NCBI GenBank assembly: GCA_002269645.1
Contig: NIVC01000992.1
Coordinates: forward strand, 1 to 64,000
Direction: 5' to 3'
DNA: 64,000 bases
Source: Macrostomum lignano
Taxonomy: Eukaryota
The translations under genes were made by a program, and so were the position numbers. Below are positions 13,765 to 25,472 of this stretch, piece after piece (position 1 is the first letter of the stretch; each line of letters opens with the position of its first letter). The notes beneath the pieces were generated by a model that was given only the letters and a program-made list of their open reading frames with translations, searched no databases and had not been told where the DNA came from.

Positions 13765-14415
13765 GAAAATTGTCAGAAAAGACAGACCTGACGATCTGAA
13801 ATTCTCAGAAAAGACAGGCCTGACGATCTGAAATTCTCAGAAAAGACAGGCCTGATGATCTGGAATTGTCAGAAAAGACAGGCCTGACAATCTGAAATTG
13901 TCAGAAAAGACAGGCCTGACGATTTGGAATTGTCAGAAAAGACATACCTGACAATCTGGAATTGTCAGAAAAGACAGACCTGACGACCTGGAATTGTCAG
14001 AAAAGACAGACCTGACGATCTGGAATTGTCAAAAAAGACGGACCTGACGATCTGAAATTCTCAGAAAAGACAGGCCTGACGATCTAAAAATTGTCAGAAA
14101 AGACAGACCTGACGATTTGGAATTGTCAGAAATGACAGACCTGACGATTTGGAATTGTCAGAAATGACAGACCTGACGATTTGGAATTGTCAGAAAAGAC
14201 AGACCTGACGACCTGGAATTGTCAGAAAAGACAGACCTGACGACCTGGAATTGTCAGAAAAGACAGACCTGACGACCTGGAATTGTCAGAAAAGACAGAC
14301 CTGACGACCTGGAATTGTCAGAAAAGACAGACCTGACGATTTGGAATTGTCAGAAAGACAGGCCTGACGATCTAAAATTGTTAGAAAAGACGGGCCTATG
14401 ATCTGAAAATTGTCA
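13765..14415. repeat. 32-bp minisatellite (GAATTGTCAGAAAAGACAGACCTGACGATCTG)
   Basis: Direct reading; each unit has an internal GTCAG/CTGAC inverted pair. Confidence 0.95.
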
Positions 14416-14597
14416 GCAGAGTATCACAGCAAAACTAAAAACAAATGAACTGATTATTTTGGTAAAGATAAAAAGACTCGATCTGAGTTTATGCAGACGT
14501 TACTCATAAGCAAACAAACTGTGTCTAAAACAGAAAAGAATTAGAATGATAAATAATATCAACACTGTCGAAAAAAGTAGTGCTCGTAGATACCAAA

Positions 14598-17500
14598 CAT
14601 ACATACATACATACATGTACACCGCCGCAAAAGAAAGCAAAAGGAAAAGGGGGCAGCACGGGACGGAAGAGCAAAAAAAAGGGGGAAAAGAAACGGAAAT
14701 GTGAGAGCGTGGCGGCAGTGTCAGAGCACTCTCCTTCTGGCTTGCTCCCTGAAGGCAGCCGCAGCGTTGGTCTGGCCGATGACACCGGCGTCAGCCAGCA
14801 GGCAGTCCACGTACCGGCGCGTCCTGGCCTGCCCTCGGCGCCAGGGGCCCCGCAGCGTGAGCAGCAGGACGTCCTGCACCGGTTCAGGGCAGTAGGTTTC
14901 GGCGCGGATCACGTGGCCCGCCAGCTGCAGCCGCCGCCGCCGGATGGTCTCGCTGGGTGGTCGCAGGCCGGCTCGTCGGTAGAGGGCCGCGTTCGAGACC
15001 ACCTCAGGGTAGGAGATGCCGAAGGCCGCGCGCAGCAGGCTGGAGTGGGCCGCGTCCAGCCGCTTCTCCAGCGTCTCGGTCAGCGTCCACGTCTCGGCGT
15101 TGTAAGTCAGGACGGTCTCGACCACCGCCTGAAACAGCCGAGACCTCAGGCGATCTGGCAGCGCGGCGCTCTGCAGAACAACCCGGACTGAGCGGAAGGC
15201 CGCCCAAGCCAGGCCTCTGCGTCGCGCCAGGTCCTCCTGAACGCTGGGCACCAGACCGCCGAGGTACGTGAAGCGCGTGCAGCGGGGTAGAGGGGCCGCG
15301 TGACCGTCTGCGCCGCGGCAGGTGATATTGGCAGGCAGCTCCGCTGGCACCGTCAGGACCTCCGTCTTGTCGGTGTTAACAACCAGGCCGACCGTAGCCG
15401 CTATCGCCACCAGGCTGTCCAGCATCCGCTGGGCTCCATCCGCCGTGGAGGCCAGCAGCGCCAGGTCGTCGGCATAGCCCAGCAGCGACAGTCTCTTCTC
15501 TGGATGGCGGCTGCTCGTGCGCCTGCACAGCATGAAGCCGTCGGCGTCGGATGGAAGCGCAGTCCGCAGCACCCAGTCGAGGACCAGCACGAACAAGAAG
15601 GGCGCTAGCGTGTCGCCCTGCAGCACTCCAGATGTTGTACTGAATGGGTCCGACAGCCCGTCGGGCGTCACCACGGCGGCTTGAGTGTCCTGGTAGAGCG
15701 CCATGACTGCGCTGACCAGGCGCTGGGGCACGTGGTAAGCCCGGAGCACCGGCACAAGGGCGCCGCGCGCCACCGAGTCGAACGCCTTTCTGAAGTCAAC
15801 GAAGACACAGATCAGCGTCGCCTGGCGGGTGCGCGCCTCCTCGATTGTCCTCCTGAGGGCAAGGATCTGGGTCGCTGTGCCCCGGTGTGGCCGGAAGCCG
15901 TTCTGCTCGTGCCGCAGAAACGGGTCCAGCACCGGTTGCAGCCGCGTCAGCAGGATCTTGTTGAAGAGCTTCGCGGCGCAAGACATCAGCGAGATGCCCC
16001 TATGTTCTTCTTTCCGAGTTGTGCCGGGCTTCTTTGGGATGGGGATCATGTGGGCCGTCGTCCACTCAGTTGGGGCTGCACCCCCGTCAAGTACGCGGTT
16101 CATCACACCGGCGACCGCACGGGCCACCGGCAGGACTCGCAGCGCCTCGACAGGGATCTCATCCGGGCCGGCCGCTCTTCCACCAGGGGACTTCTTCGCC
16201 TGCAACACCACCTCGTCCAGAGTAATGGGGCTGACGTCGAAATCCTCCTCCTTGGGCAGGGCCACTTCCGGCGGCAGCGGCATCTCCGCCTGCAGCACCG
16301 GCGGCGGCGCGTTCACGATGGCGCCGAAAAAGTCCCGCAGCTCGTTCCGGCGGGCCTCCGCCGTGTCGCCGGGGAGGTTGAGGCTCGTGCGGCTCTTCCT
16401 CCCGGTCAGCGCGTTCACAGCGCTCCACACGGCGCGGCGCTTGCCGTCGTGCCCTGCCGTTGTCACCGTCCTGATGGTCTCTTCTACGGCGGCCTGTTGT
16501 CCTTGCTCATAGGCGGCTGCGAGGGCCGCCTCGGCTTCGTCCACCTCCGCAGTCCTGCCCGCCCGTCGCAGCTGCTCAAGCCTCAGCCTCGCACTTTGCA
16601 CTTCCGGGTCCACCTCCCAGACCGGCCGACCTTTCTGCAGGGGCTTCACCAACGGTAGGGTCCACTCCGCAGCAGATTGGACGGCCGTGCAGATCTCGGG
16701 GTAGTCGGCTTCCTTCTTGCCGTCGAGGGCATCCACAAACGCGCGGGCGAAGCGAACCTGGGTCGCATCGTCACGCAGAGCCCGGAAGAAGTGCTTCGGC
16801 TTCCGCTTGGGCGGCCGGTAGAGCGGGTCCTTCAGCTTGATGTCGCAGAAGAGCAGCTTGTGGTCGGACTTCGGCGCCAATGGCATGATGGTATCGCAGT
16901 TGGTCACACGGCCACGCTCTCGAAAGTGCAGCAGCACGTGGTCCAGCTGCGCCAGCCTCGTCGTGGCATTCCGGCGGCGGTTGTTGTTGCGCCGCGGCCG
17001 CTTGCAGCCGGCAAAGGTTGCCAGCCGCTGCTCGGGTTTCCGGAACCACGTGTTCATCGACACCATGTCATGCCGAGCCACGAAGTCGGTCAGCGCCTCG
17101 GTGTTGGCATTCTCGCGCGGGGTCACGAAGGGGGCCCGGTCTGACCTGCGCATGACAGCGTTCAGATCACCGAGCACGATCACCGTGTCCCGTTGTGCCA
17201 CAGCCTCCACCTGCCCGGACAAGAACTCGAAAAAGACACGAGCTTCATCGGGGTGGGCAGCTGTCGGCGCGTAGGCGCAGAAAATGTGGGCGCTCCGACT
17301 CCTCAGCCGCAGGTCGATCCGCAGCAGCCGAGGGGACAGGCTCTGGCAGCACACACTCTGTTGCAGCTTTGGCCCGACCAGCACTCCTACTCCTCCATGA
17401 CCTCTCTCGTCCGCTGATGTGTACAGGAGGCTCCAGCCAGCTCCCAGCTCTTCACGCTGGAGGCCGGGGCCGGCCACGATAGACACCTCCTGCAGAGCAA

Positions 17501-17924
17501 CCAGGTCCATCTTCGTCTCCTGAGCCAGCTTTGCCAGCAGGCCCTGGCGCCAGTTCTCCTTGAGGGTCCGGCAGTTCCAGGTTGCCAGCCGAAGGGGGTG
17601 CTCTGGTACGGCTGGGGCCCGATGCTGTTGGGCCTCGTGGTCCCCGGCGCCACCCGGAGGATCCAGGGCCTCGGCCTCCCGCCTGCCTGCGCGCTTTGCT
17701 GCTCCATGGGCACGACTGCGCCGGTTGCGCTCTCTGCGCCGCTGGGTGCGGCGGGCAGCACTGCGCTGGCCGCGGGGGGTCTTGGCCTTGCCGCTGTTGG
17801 CTGCCGCAGCTTGAGGGCGCGGCACTCCGAGCCAACCTTGGCTATGCTCCGGGGCGATGCTCTGCCCAGGGGTGCCAGGAGGTCGCGGCATTTATACGCC
17901 AGGGGCGTATAAATAAGATGGCTC
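14598..17924 (-). mobile_element. full-length RTE-clade non-LTR retrotransposon (LINE)
   Basis: Single APE+RT ORF. 10-bp TSD AGATACCAAA at 14588-14597 and 17925-17934. Pyrimidine-rich 3' UTR ending in an (ATGT)n tail on the minus strand (CATA repeats from 14598 on plus). GC content is much higher than the flanks. Confidence 0.92.
14721..17891 (-). CDS. RTE-type APE endonuclease / reverse transcriptase polyprotein (1056 aa), intact
   Basis: APE motifs LATWNCRTL, VALQE, YAPT, VLGDLNA, LDHVL, SDHKLL. RT motifs KLFNKILL, QNGFRP, FVDFRKAFDSV, GVLQGDTLAPFLF, YADDL, FTYLG. RTE-like C-terminus TYNAETWTL. Arg-rich N-terminal extension of about 100 aa. Confidence 0.96.
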   Translation of the reverse strand: MPRPPGTPGQSIAPEHSQGWLGVPRPQAAAANSGKAKTPRGQRSAARRTQRRRERNRRSRAHGAAKRAGRREAEALDPPGGAGDHEAQQHRAPAVPEHPLRLATWNCRTLKENWRQGLLAKLAQETKMDLVALQEVSIVAGPGLQREELGAGWSLLYTSADERGHGGVGVLVGPKLQQSVCCQSLSPRLLRIDLRLRSRSAHIFCAYAPTAAHPDEARVFFEFLSGQVEAVAQRDTVIVLGDLNAVMRRSDRAPFVTPRENANTEALTDFVARHDMVSMNTWFRKPEQRLATFAGCKRPRRNNNRRRNATTRLAQLDHVLLHFRERGRVTNCDTIMPLAPKSDHKLLFCDIKLKDPLYRPPKRKPKHFFRALRDDATQVRFARAFVDALDGKKEADYPEICTAVQSAAEWTLPLVKPLQKGRPVWEVDPEVQSARLRLEQLRRAGRTAEVDEAEAALAAAYEQGQQAAVEETIRTVTTAGHDGKRRAVWSAVNALTGRKSRTSLNLPGDTAEARRNELRDFFGAIVNAPPPVLQAEMPLPPEVALPKEEDFDVSPITLDEVVLQAKKSPGGRAAGPDEIPVEALRVLPVARAVAGVMNRVLDGGAAPTEWTTAHMIPIPKKPGTTRKEEHRGISLMSCAAKLFNKILLTRLQPVLDPFLRHEQNGFRPHRGTATQILALRRTIEEARTRQATLICVFVDFRKAFDSVARGALVPVLRAYHVPQRLVSAVMALYQDTQAAVVTPDGLSDPFSTTSGVLQGDTLAPFLFVLVLDWVLRTALPSDADGFMLCRRTSSRHPEKRLSLLGYADDLALLASTADGAQRMLDSLVAIAATVGLVVNTDKTEVLTVPAELPANITCRGADGHAAPLPRCTRFTYLGGLVPSVQEDLARRRGLAWAAFRSVRVVLQSAALPDRLRSRLFQAVVETVLTYNAETWTLTETLEKRLDAAHSSLLRAAFGISYPEVVSNAALYRRAGLRPPSETIRRRRLQLAGHVIRAETYCPEPVQDVLLLTLRGPWRRGQARTRRYVDCLLADAGVIGQTNAAAAFREQARRRVL

Positions 17925-18037
17925 AGATACCAAAGTAAGATAGTAAGCTCAGATACCAGATACCAAAGTAAACATAAAAAGGATGCCTATTAAAGCGTCG
18001 ATTGTGTAAATAATCGGTGCCAATGTCCACATTGTTT

Positions 18038-19372
18038 TTAGTGGTCAGACTGAACAGTGGGCGCCCTTGATCGCATTGGCATGTCGTTGTCGTTGGTACA
18101 AGCTGGCCCAGAGTAAGTTGCCGACAATTCTTGTCCATGGAATTGCAGACTGTCTTGACGCCGTCTCTGACGCTGCTCCTCCAGTTGTTCGTCAGCGGAG
18201 CCATCCGGGCTCAAGTAGCTTAGAGCTCGCTGATTCCGATAATTGCTACCGTCGTTGAGTCTGCAAAAGCAGCAACTGCAACGCCTGCCGCTGCAGCAGA
18301 AGGAGCAAGTTGAGAAAAGTCCAACAGCTTCGCTGCGAAACTTCGGATTGCTGGCGCAGTAAAGTAGGAAATTGCAGCAATGATTGGCGAACTGCAGCGC
18401 AATCATGATGGACCAAACTACCCGATGGGAATAGAACCGGTTGGGATCTGACTTGGCATCTAATCCGCTGGGTTGAGAGCCTCCAATCACTGTTAGGTAG
18501 ATCTTCACAGGCGCCGTTAATGCAATGAATACAAAAGTAGTGAGCAGCAGCATCACCGTAGTTCGATAGCCTCCAAAGGCGCTCTGACTCGCACTCAGAC
18601 CGGAATTCTTTCTAACGTCGCGCAGCTTGCAAACTATTTTAATATTGCAAGTCGCAATCACTAGAAACGGCACGAAAGCGGTCAAGGTGAGGTCTAACAT
18701 CGGGAACACTGTTTCAACAAAGAATTCGTGCTGGTCCAGATTTCTACAGACGGCATCCTTGTCGTCTTCAATGACGACCTTATCTTCAACGGTGACTGAT
18801 TCTGTTGTGGACGTCTGGTTATTATCCGGCCCCGGCAATACTAGACCTCTAGTGGCCAAGAAGTGCAGATTAACGCCGAGCAAGGCGATAAATCCTGAAC
18901 ACATTGTCCAACAGAGTCCACGGCGGGAGATGAGGAAAGCTCGAACACGACTCTGCTGCTGTACACAGACGGTTACGTAGCGTTCAACAGAGATCAGGGT
19001 CACTAGCCAGGAGGAGTACATCAGACTGAGGTACAGCAGCAGCTCCAACAGCTTGCAACTAGTCTGCGACGTAGCTTGAGGATCTAAATCTCCCACAGCT
19101 ACTAAATACGTCGCTTTCCGTAACCAATGACGCAATAGTCCGGTGAGCAGAGCGATCGAGTCAACTACAGACAGAACCAATAGTGGCAGGTGAACAACTA
19201 GAAAACGCATCTTAGGTCGCATAAGCACCAGGAAAGCGCAGGTATTCGATGCCAGACCGAATGCCAACAGTGCCGGAGGAAGATAGTTGAACACCAGCTC
19301 GTAGAAGTTGCGTTTCCATGCCCAATCGACTGTTGTTGCTGCCGTGGTTGCCGTGTCCAACAATGGGCTCAT
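18038..19372 (-). CDS. rhodopsin-like (class A) GPCR, orphan/peptide-receptor type, intronless (444 aa)
   Basis: Seven hydrophobic segments with TM1 GLASN, TM2 LSVVD, TM3 ISVERY, TM5 VPFLVI, TM6 FIALTAP and TM7 NHCCNFLLY. The N..NF.LY form of TM7 is typical of invertebrate FMRFamide-receptor-like orphan GPCRs. Confidence 0.92.
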   Translation of the reverse strand: MSPLLDTATTAATTVDWAWKRNFYELVFNYLPPALLAFGLASNTCAFLVLMRPKMRFLVVHLPLLVLSVVDSIALLTGLLRHWLRKATYLVAVGDLDPQATSQTSCKLLELLLYLSLMYSSWLVTLISVERYVTVCVQQQSRVRAFLISRRGLCWTMCSGFIALLGVNLHFLATRGLVLPGPDNNQTSTTESVTVEDKVVIEDDKDAVCRNLDQHEFFVETVFPMLDLTLTAFVPFLVIATCNIKIVCKLRDVRKNSGLSASQSAFGGYRTTVMLLLTTFVFIALTAPVKIYLTVIGGSQPSGLDAKSDPNRFYSHRVVWSIMIALQFANHCCNFLLYCASNPKFRSEAVGLFSTCSFCCSGRRCSCCFCRLNDGSNYRNQRALSYLSPDGSADEQLEEQRQRRRQDSLQFHGQELSATYSGPACTNDNDMPMRSRAPTVQSDH

Positions 19373-19544
19373 GCTTTTGGATCTTGTCCGATGGCGCTAA
19401 AGTGTACCGAGGTGTTGTTGTCTGCTGGGCGGGGGTCGGATAGAGAAGTATTTAAGCACTTATAAAAGATAATTTTAAATTTTAGTTTCAGTGCGCAAGC
19501 TCTAATTTGAGACCGCCAGACCTAGTGCCGGTGCTAGTTTACAC

Positions 19545-20455
19545 CTAATCTAGCATCGGAGCGCCAAACCCAAAATCGAGGCGCTGGATCTAGTATCGAG
19601 GCGCCACATCTAGCATCAAGGCGCTAGATCTAGTATCGAGTCGCCATATCTAGCATCAAGTCGCTAGATCTAGCATCAAGACGCTAGATCTACTATCGAG
19701 GCGCTAGATCTACTATCGAGGCGCTAGATCTACTATCGAGGCGCTAGATCTACTATCGAGGCGCTAGATCTACTATCGAGGCGCTAGATCTAGTATCGAT
19801 TCGCCAGATCTAGCATCAAGGCGCTAGATCTAGTATTGAGGCGCTAGATCTAGTATCGAGGAGCCAGATCGAGTATTGAGGCGCCAGATCTAAAATCCAG
19901 GCGCTAGATCTTTAGTATCAAGGCGCTAGACCTAGAATCGAGACGCTAGATCTAGCATCGAGGCGCTAGATCTCAGATGTAGTATCGAGGCGCCAGATCT
20001 AGCATCGAGGCGCTAGTTCTAGCATCCAAGCGCTGGATCTAGCATCGAGGCGCCAGATCTAGTATCAAGGCGCCAGATTTAGCATCAAGGCGCTACATCT
20101 AGTATCGAGGCGCTACATCTAGTATTGAGGCGCTACATCTAGCATCGAGGCGCTACATCTAGTATTGAGGCGCTACATCTAGCATCGAGGCGCTAGATCT
20201 AGTATCGAGGCGCTAGCTCGTACATCTAGCATCGAGGCGCCAGATCTAGTATCAAGGCGCCCAATCTAGTATCAAGGCGCTAGATCTAGTATTGAGGCGC
20301 CAGATCTAGTATCGAGGCGCTAGATCTAGTATCGAGGCTCCAGATTTAGTATCGAAGCGCCAGATCTACTATCAAGGCTCCAGATCTAGTATCGAGGCTC
20401 CAGATCTAGCATGAAGGCGCTAAATCTAGTATCAAGGGGCGCCAGACCCAGCATC
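19545..20455 (+). repeat. 20-bp minisatellite (GATCTAGTATCGAGGCGCTA), diverged copies; left arm of an inverted pair
   Basis: Period 20 is visible at 19691, 19711 and 19731. Confidence 0.95.
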
Positions 20456-21140
20456 AGAGAGCCAGAGCTAGTATCGTTTCATTTGGCATCTTTCATATTT
20501 ATTTGGGAGACAAATCCGTCCCCAAAAAGCATAGAATTTCTCAATTACCCTGAGAGGTACAATCCTTTTAAAGAAATTCACATGATATCCACTCCAACCG
20601 ATGCAGGCACTCGAACCGATCTCAACTGCATTCAGCATATTTTTAATTCAAGCCACTGCAACGCAACTCCAGGCACATTGTTAAGGCCCAGTCTATATTG
20701 TAAGTGAAGAGCTGATTAACTCCCAAGTCTAGAAATTCTATTAAAAATTTGGTAGTTATACATTTCCTAATGCAATTGCGGTTTCAAAATGCAATGCGCA
20801 GTGAAAATGGGCGTGTTCATTTAAACAAAATCCATGTTCAGCGCCTATGCAATGGATGGTAATCTGACGCTTGCACTTGTTGGAGAGAAAGGCGACTTTT
20901 TTATTAAAAATTTTAATGAGGTTCGAGAATGCATTGCTGCTGGCTAAAAATCAATAAGGAAGGAAAGCACCCGAGCTCGATTCCGTGCGACCATAGCCGC
21001 ATTAATTATGCAGCTCTCGTGCATTGGCCAGCAGGGGAAGAACTACTGTCGTGCGATTCACGCTCGCGAAGTGTCCGAGATTTGATGCCTTAGCAGAAGC
21101 TAGTGTTTTTTGTACGGCACCAATGGAAATGAGATAGCGG

Positions 21141-21910
21141 TACTAGATCTGGCGCCTCGATACTAGATCTGGCGCCTCGATACTATATCTGGCGCCTGGA
21201 TACTAGATCTGTGCGCCTCGATACTAGATCTGGCGCCTGGATACTAGATCTGGCGCCTGGATACTAGATCTGGCGCCTCGATACTAGATCTGGCGCCTGG
21301 ATACTAGATCTGGCGCCTCGATACTAGATCTGGTGCCTCGATACTAGATCTGGCGCCTGGATACTAGGTCTGGCGCTTCGATACTAGATCTAGCGCCTCG
21401 ATACTAGATCTAGCGCCTCGATACTAGATCTAGCGCCTCGATACTAGATCTGGCGCCTCGATATTAGATCTGGCGCCTTGATACTAGATCTGGCGCCTGG
21501 ATACTAGGTCTGGCGCTGCGATACTAGATCTAGCGCCTCGATACTAGATCTAGCGCCTCGATACTAGATCTGACGCCTCGATACTGGATTTGGCGCCTCG
21601 ATACTGGATCTAGCGCCTCGATACTAGATCTGGCGCCTCGATACTAGATTGGGCGCCTCGATACTAGATCTGGCGCCTCGATACTAGATCTAGCGCCTCG
21701 ATACTAGATCTGGCGCCTCGATACTAGATCTGGCGCCTCGATACTAGATCTGGTGCCTCGATATTAGATCTGGCGCCTTGATACTAGATCTGGCGCCTGG
21801 ATACTAGGTCTGGCGCTTCGATACTAGATCTGGCGCCTCGATACTAGATCTAGTGCCTCGATACTAGATCTAGCGCCTCGATACTAGATCTGGCGCCTTA
21901 ATACTAGATC
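21141..21910 (-). repeat. the same 20-bp minisatellite in reverse orientation (TACTAGATCTGGCGCCTCGA); right arm of the inverted pair
   Basis: The unit is the reverse complement of the 19545-20455 unit. Confidence 0.95.
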
Positions 21911-22652
21911 GAATGAGTATGTGCCTGCACGCTTGTTACCTCCTTGCTGTCTGCGGGTCGACTTTCGCCTTTAGATTCGCGGCAGTTACCCTCTAATAGG
22001 TAAAACCAACTAAACTAGATCACGAAGTTAACTTGGCTTGAGTAAAATCCACGTAGTTAAACAGAAAAATTTACACGCTGTCTAAATTCTGTGCCTAAAT
22101 TGCATTCTGCGTTTTGCGTTTTATATTCTGTCTCATGACAGACTTTAGTCTGTCTGTCTGTCTGTCGAATGTCTCATTATGCCTCGAAAAGCCTTCCTTT
22201 GTTGAACAACTTCAACTTTTTCAATTCGTGTTGTACCTAATAAAGCTTTATATGACCATAGTTTGAGCAAAATCGATTTCATATCTAGAGTTTAGAGAAA
22301 TAGGGTTTAGAGAGAGAGAGCCTCGGCCTATTGAACAGGGAATGAAGATTAGTCCTCTGCTCACTGGATCAGCTCAGATTATTCTGTGTTCTGTCACACA
22401 AAAACCCGGAAAAGTCAGAGAATATAGTGAAAGAAGACGTGAGCAGCATAAATCAGCTGAGTCTCTATCCAGCTACAGTTCACGGCTCTGACGGCTCAAG
22501 GGTGACGGAAGTGTTGCCGCAGAATGTAGATCAATGAAACTGGGTTTATTACTGTATTAACTAGCATTAGGGACAAAACACCCCTTTGATAGGGGCTCTC
22601 AACCGCTAAGTGCTTTGGCTCTAATAGATATAGGGCATTGTGCCTTGCGAAC

Positions 22653-23620
<968 letters not shown>

Positions 23621-24086
23621 ATGTAATCTATCCTTAGGCTTATAGCTTTCATATCCGCAGATTTGCAAAAACACAGTGGCCTAAATTCTGGGACCCGAGC
23701 ACAAATGCGTGAAGCAGCACTACATGGGCAGCAGGTGGCCCAGGCTCACACGCAAGTGTCAGACTGCACTCCCCCTCCCTCTTCCCTCGTTGCTTTAAGC
23801 TCCTGTGTCTGTGTCTTCTGTGTCTTCTATAGGATATTCTCTATTTATTTCATTTATTTATTTCTAAGCCAGCATTGCATCTGCTCCCTCACAAGGCTTG
23901 AAAAATTAACTCCATTGATGGACGGACGGTAGAATTCTTTCCTAAAGATTTAACTACAGATGGTCATGAAATTTGCAAATATAATCAGTCCGATTGGGGT
24001 ACTTGAGATGAGCTTTGTTTGAGGCTGGCTATGGAAATCTTTAAGGCGCATAGAAATTTTCTTTTAAAGCTTTTAAAGCGCCATGT

Positions 24087-24993
24087 AGGTAGCTTGTGAG
24101 ATAGCTTGTGGGGTAGCTTGTGAGATAGCTTGTGAGATAGCTTGTGGGGTAGCTTGTGAGATAGCTTGTGAGGTAGCTTGTGAGATAGCTTGTGAGGTAG
24201 CTTGTGAGGTAGCTTGTGAGATAGCTTGTGAGGTAGCTTGTGAGATAGCTTGTGAGGTAGCTTGTGAGGTAGCTTGTGAGATAGCTTGTGAGGTAGCTTG
24301 TGAGGTAGCTTGTGGGGTAGCTTGTGAGGTAGCTTGTGAGATAGCTTGTGAGGTAGCTTGTGAGATAGCTTGTGGGGTAGCTTGTGAGATAGCTTGTGAG
24401 GTAGCTTGTGAGGTAGCTTGTGAGATAGCTTGTGAGGTAGCTTGTGAGATAGCTTGTGAGGTAGCTTGTGAGGTAGCTTGTGAGATAGCTTGTGAGGTAG
24501 CTTGTGAGGTAGCTTGTGGGGTAGCTTGTGAGATAGCTTGTGAGGTAGCTTGTGAGGTAGCTAGTAAGGTAGCCTGTGAGTTAGCTTGTGAGGTAGCTTG
24601 TGAGGTAGCTTGTGAGATAGCTTGTGAGATAGCTTGTGAGGTAGCTTGTGAGGTAGCTCATGAGGTAGCTTGTGAGATAAATTGTGAGGTAGCTCATGAG
24701 GTAGCTTGTGAGGTAGCTTGTGAAGTAGCTTGTGAGGTAGCTTGTGAGATAAATTGTGAGGTAGCTTGTGAAGTAGCTTGTGAGGTAGCTTATGAAGTAG
24801 CTTGTGAGGTAGTTTGTGAGGTAGCTTGTGAAGTAGCTTGTGAGGTAGTTTGTGAGGTAGCTTGTGAGGTAGCTGATGAGGTAGCTTGTGAGATAGCTTG
24901 TGAGGTAGCTGATGAGGTAACTTGTGAGGTAGCTGATGAGGTAGCTTGTGAGGTAGCTTGTGAAGTAGCTTGTGAGGTAGCTTGTGAGGTAGC
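24087..24993. repeat. 12-bp minisatellite (AGCTTGTGAGGT)
   Basis: Direct reading. Confidence 0.97.
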
Positions 24994-25472
24994 TACGCTG
25001 GCCCACGAGAGCCAACACAAGACTCAATTGTGCGTACATGCCCTGAAAGTCAGTGCAGCTGTGAGTTAAGTGCTCAGTGCTCAGCAATCAGTGAACTTTA
25101 CTTAAAGCCTGCCTATCTCCGCTGTCGCCTTAATTTTCAGGCAGTTACAAATAAAGCCAACTTACCTTTACCTTTAACTTACTTTTGCAGATTTGAGATT
25201 GAGTTATTAAGGTACGTAGTTAGGAGTCAGTGAAAAATGCAGAGTAATAAAAATGGCCTAAAAGAGGCTTTTCAGAGTAAAAATGAAAAATATAGGCAAC
25301 TGCCTGCACTGTGCCGCTTATCGGGGGCACTGCAGACTCCATGGTTGGTGGACCAATAAGAGCAGAGCTGGGCTGCGGCTTGTTTGGACAAAATTTATTA
25401 ATCTCGCTCGCGAAATGTGGTCTAAATTGAAAGTTACAATTCAAGGCCTGTGTTTCTTGTTCGCACTCCCGG

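Noticed and set aside
13765-14415. The 32-bp unit contains CTGA(C/T)GA and GAAA at hammerhead-like spacing
   Set aside because: Stem II does not pair in the required register and there is no stem III/UH cleavage triplet, so it is not supportable as a ribozyme.
17821-17924. HDV-like ribozyme at the RTE 5' end (ACCTCC...CCTGGGCA resembles the HDV core)
   Set aside because: I could not find complementary P1 and P3 strands in the required order; retained only as a generic structured leader.
14580-17938. Plus-strand ORFs over the RTE, and antisense or alternative-frame ORFs over Frizzled, the GPCR and the Polinton genes
   Set aside because: They are shadow ORFs of GC-rich coding sequence with no motifs.
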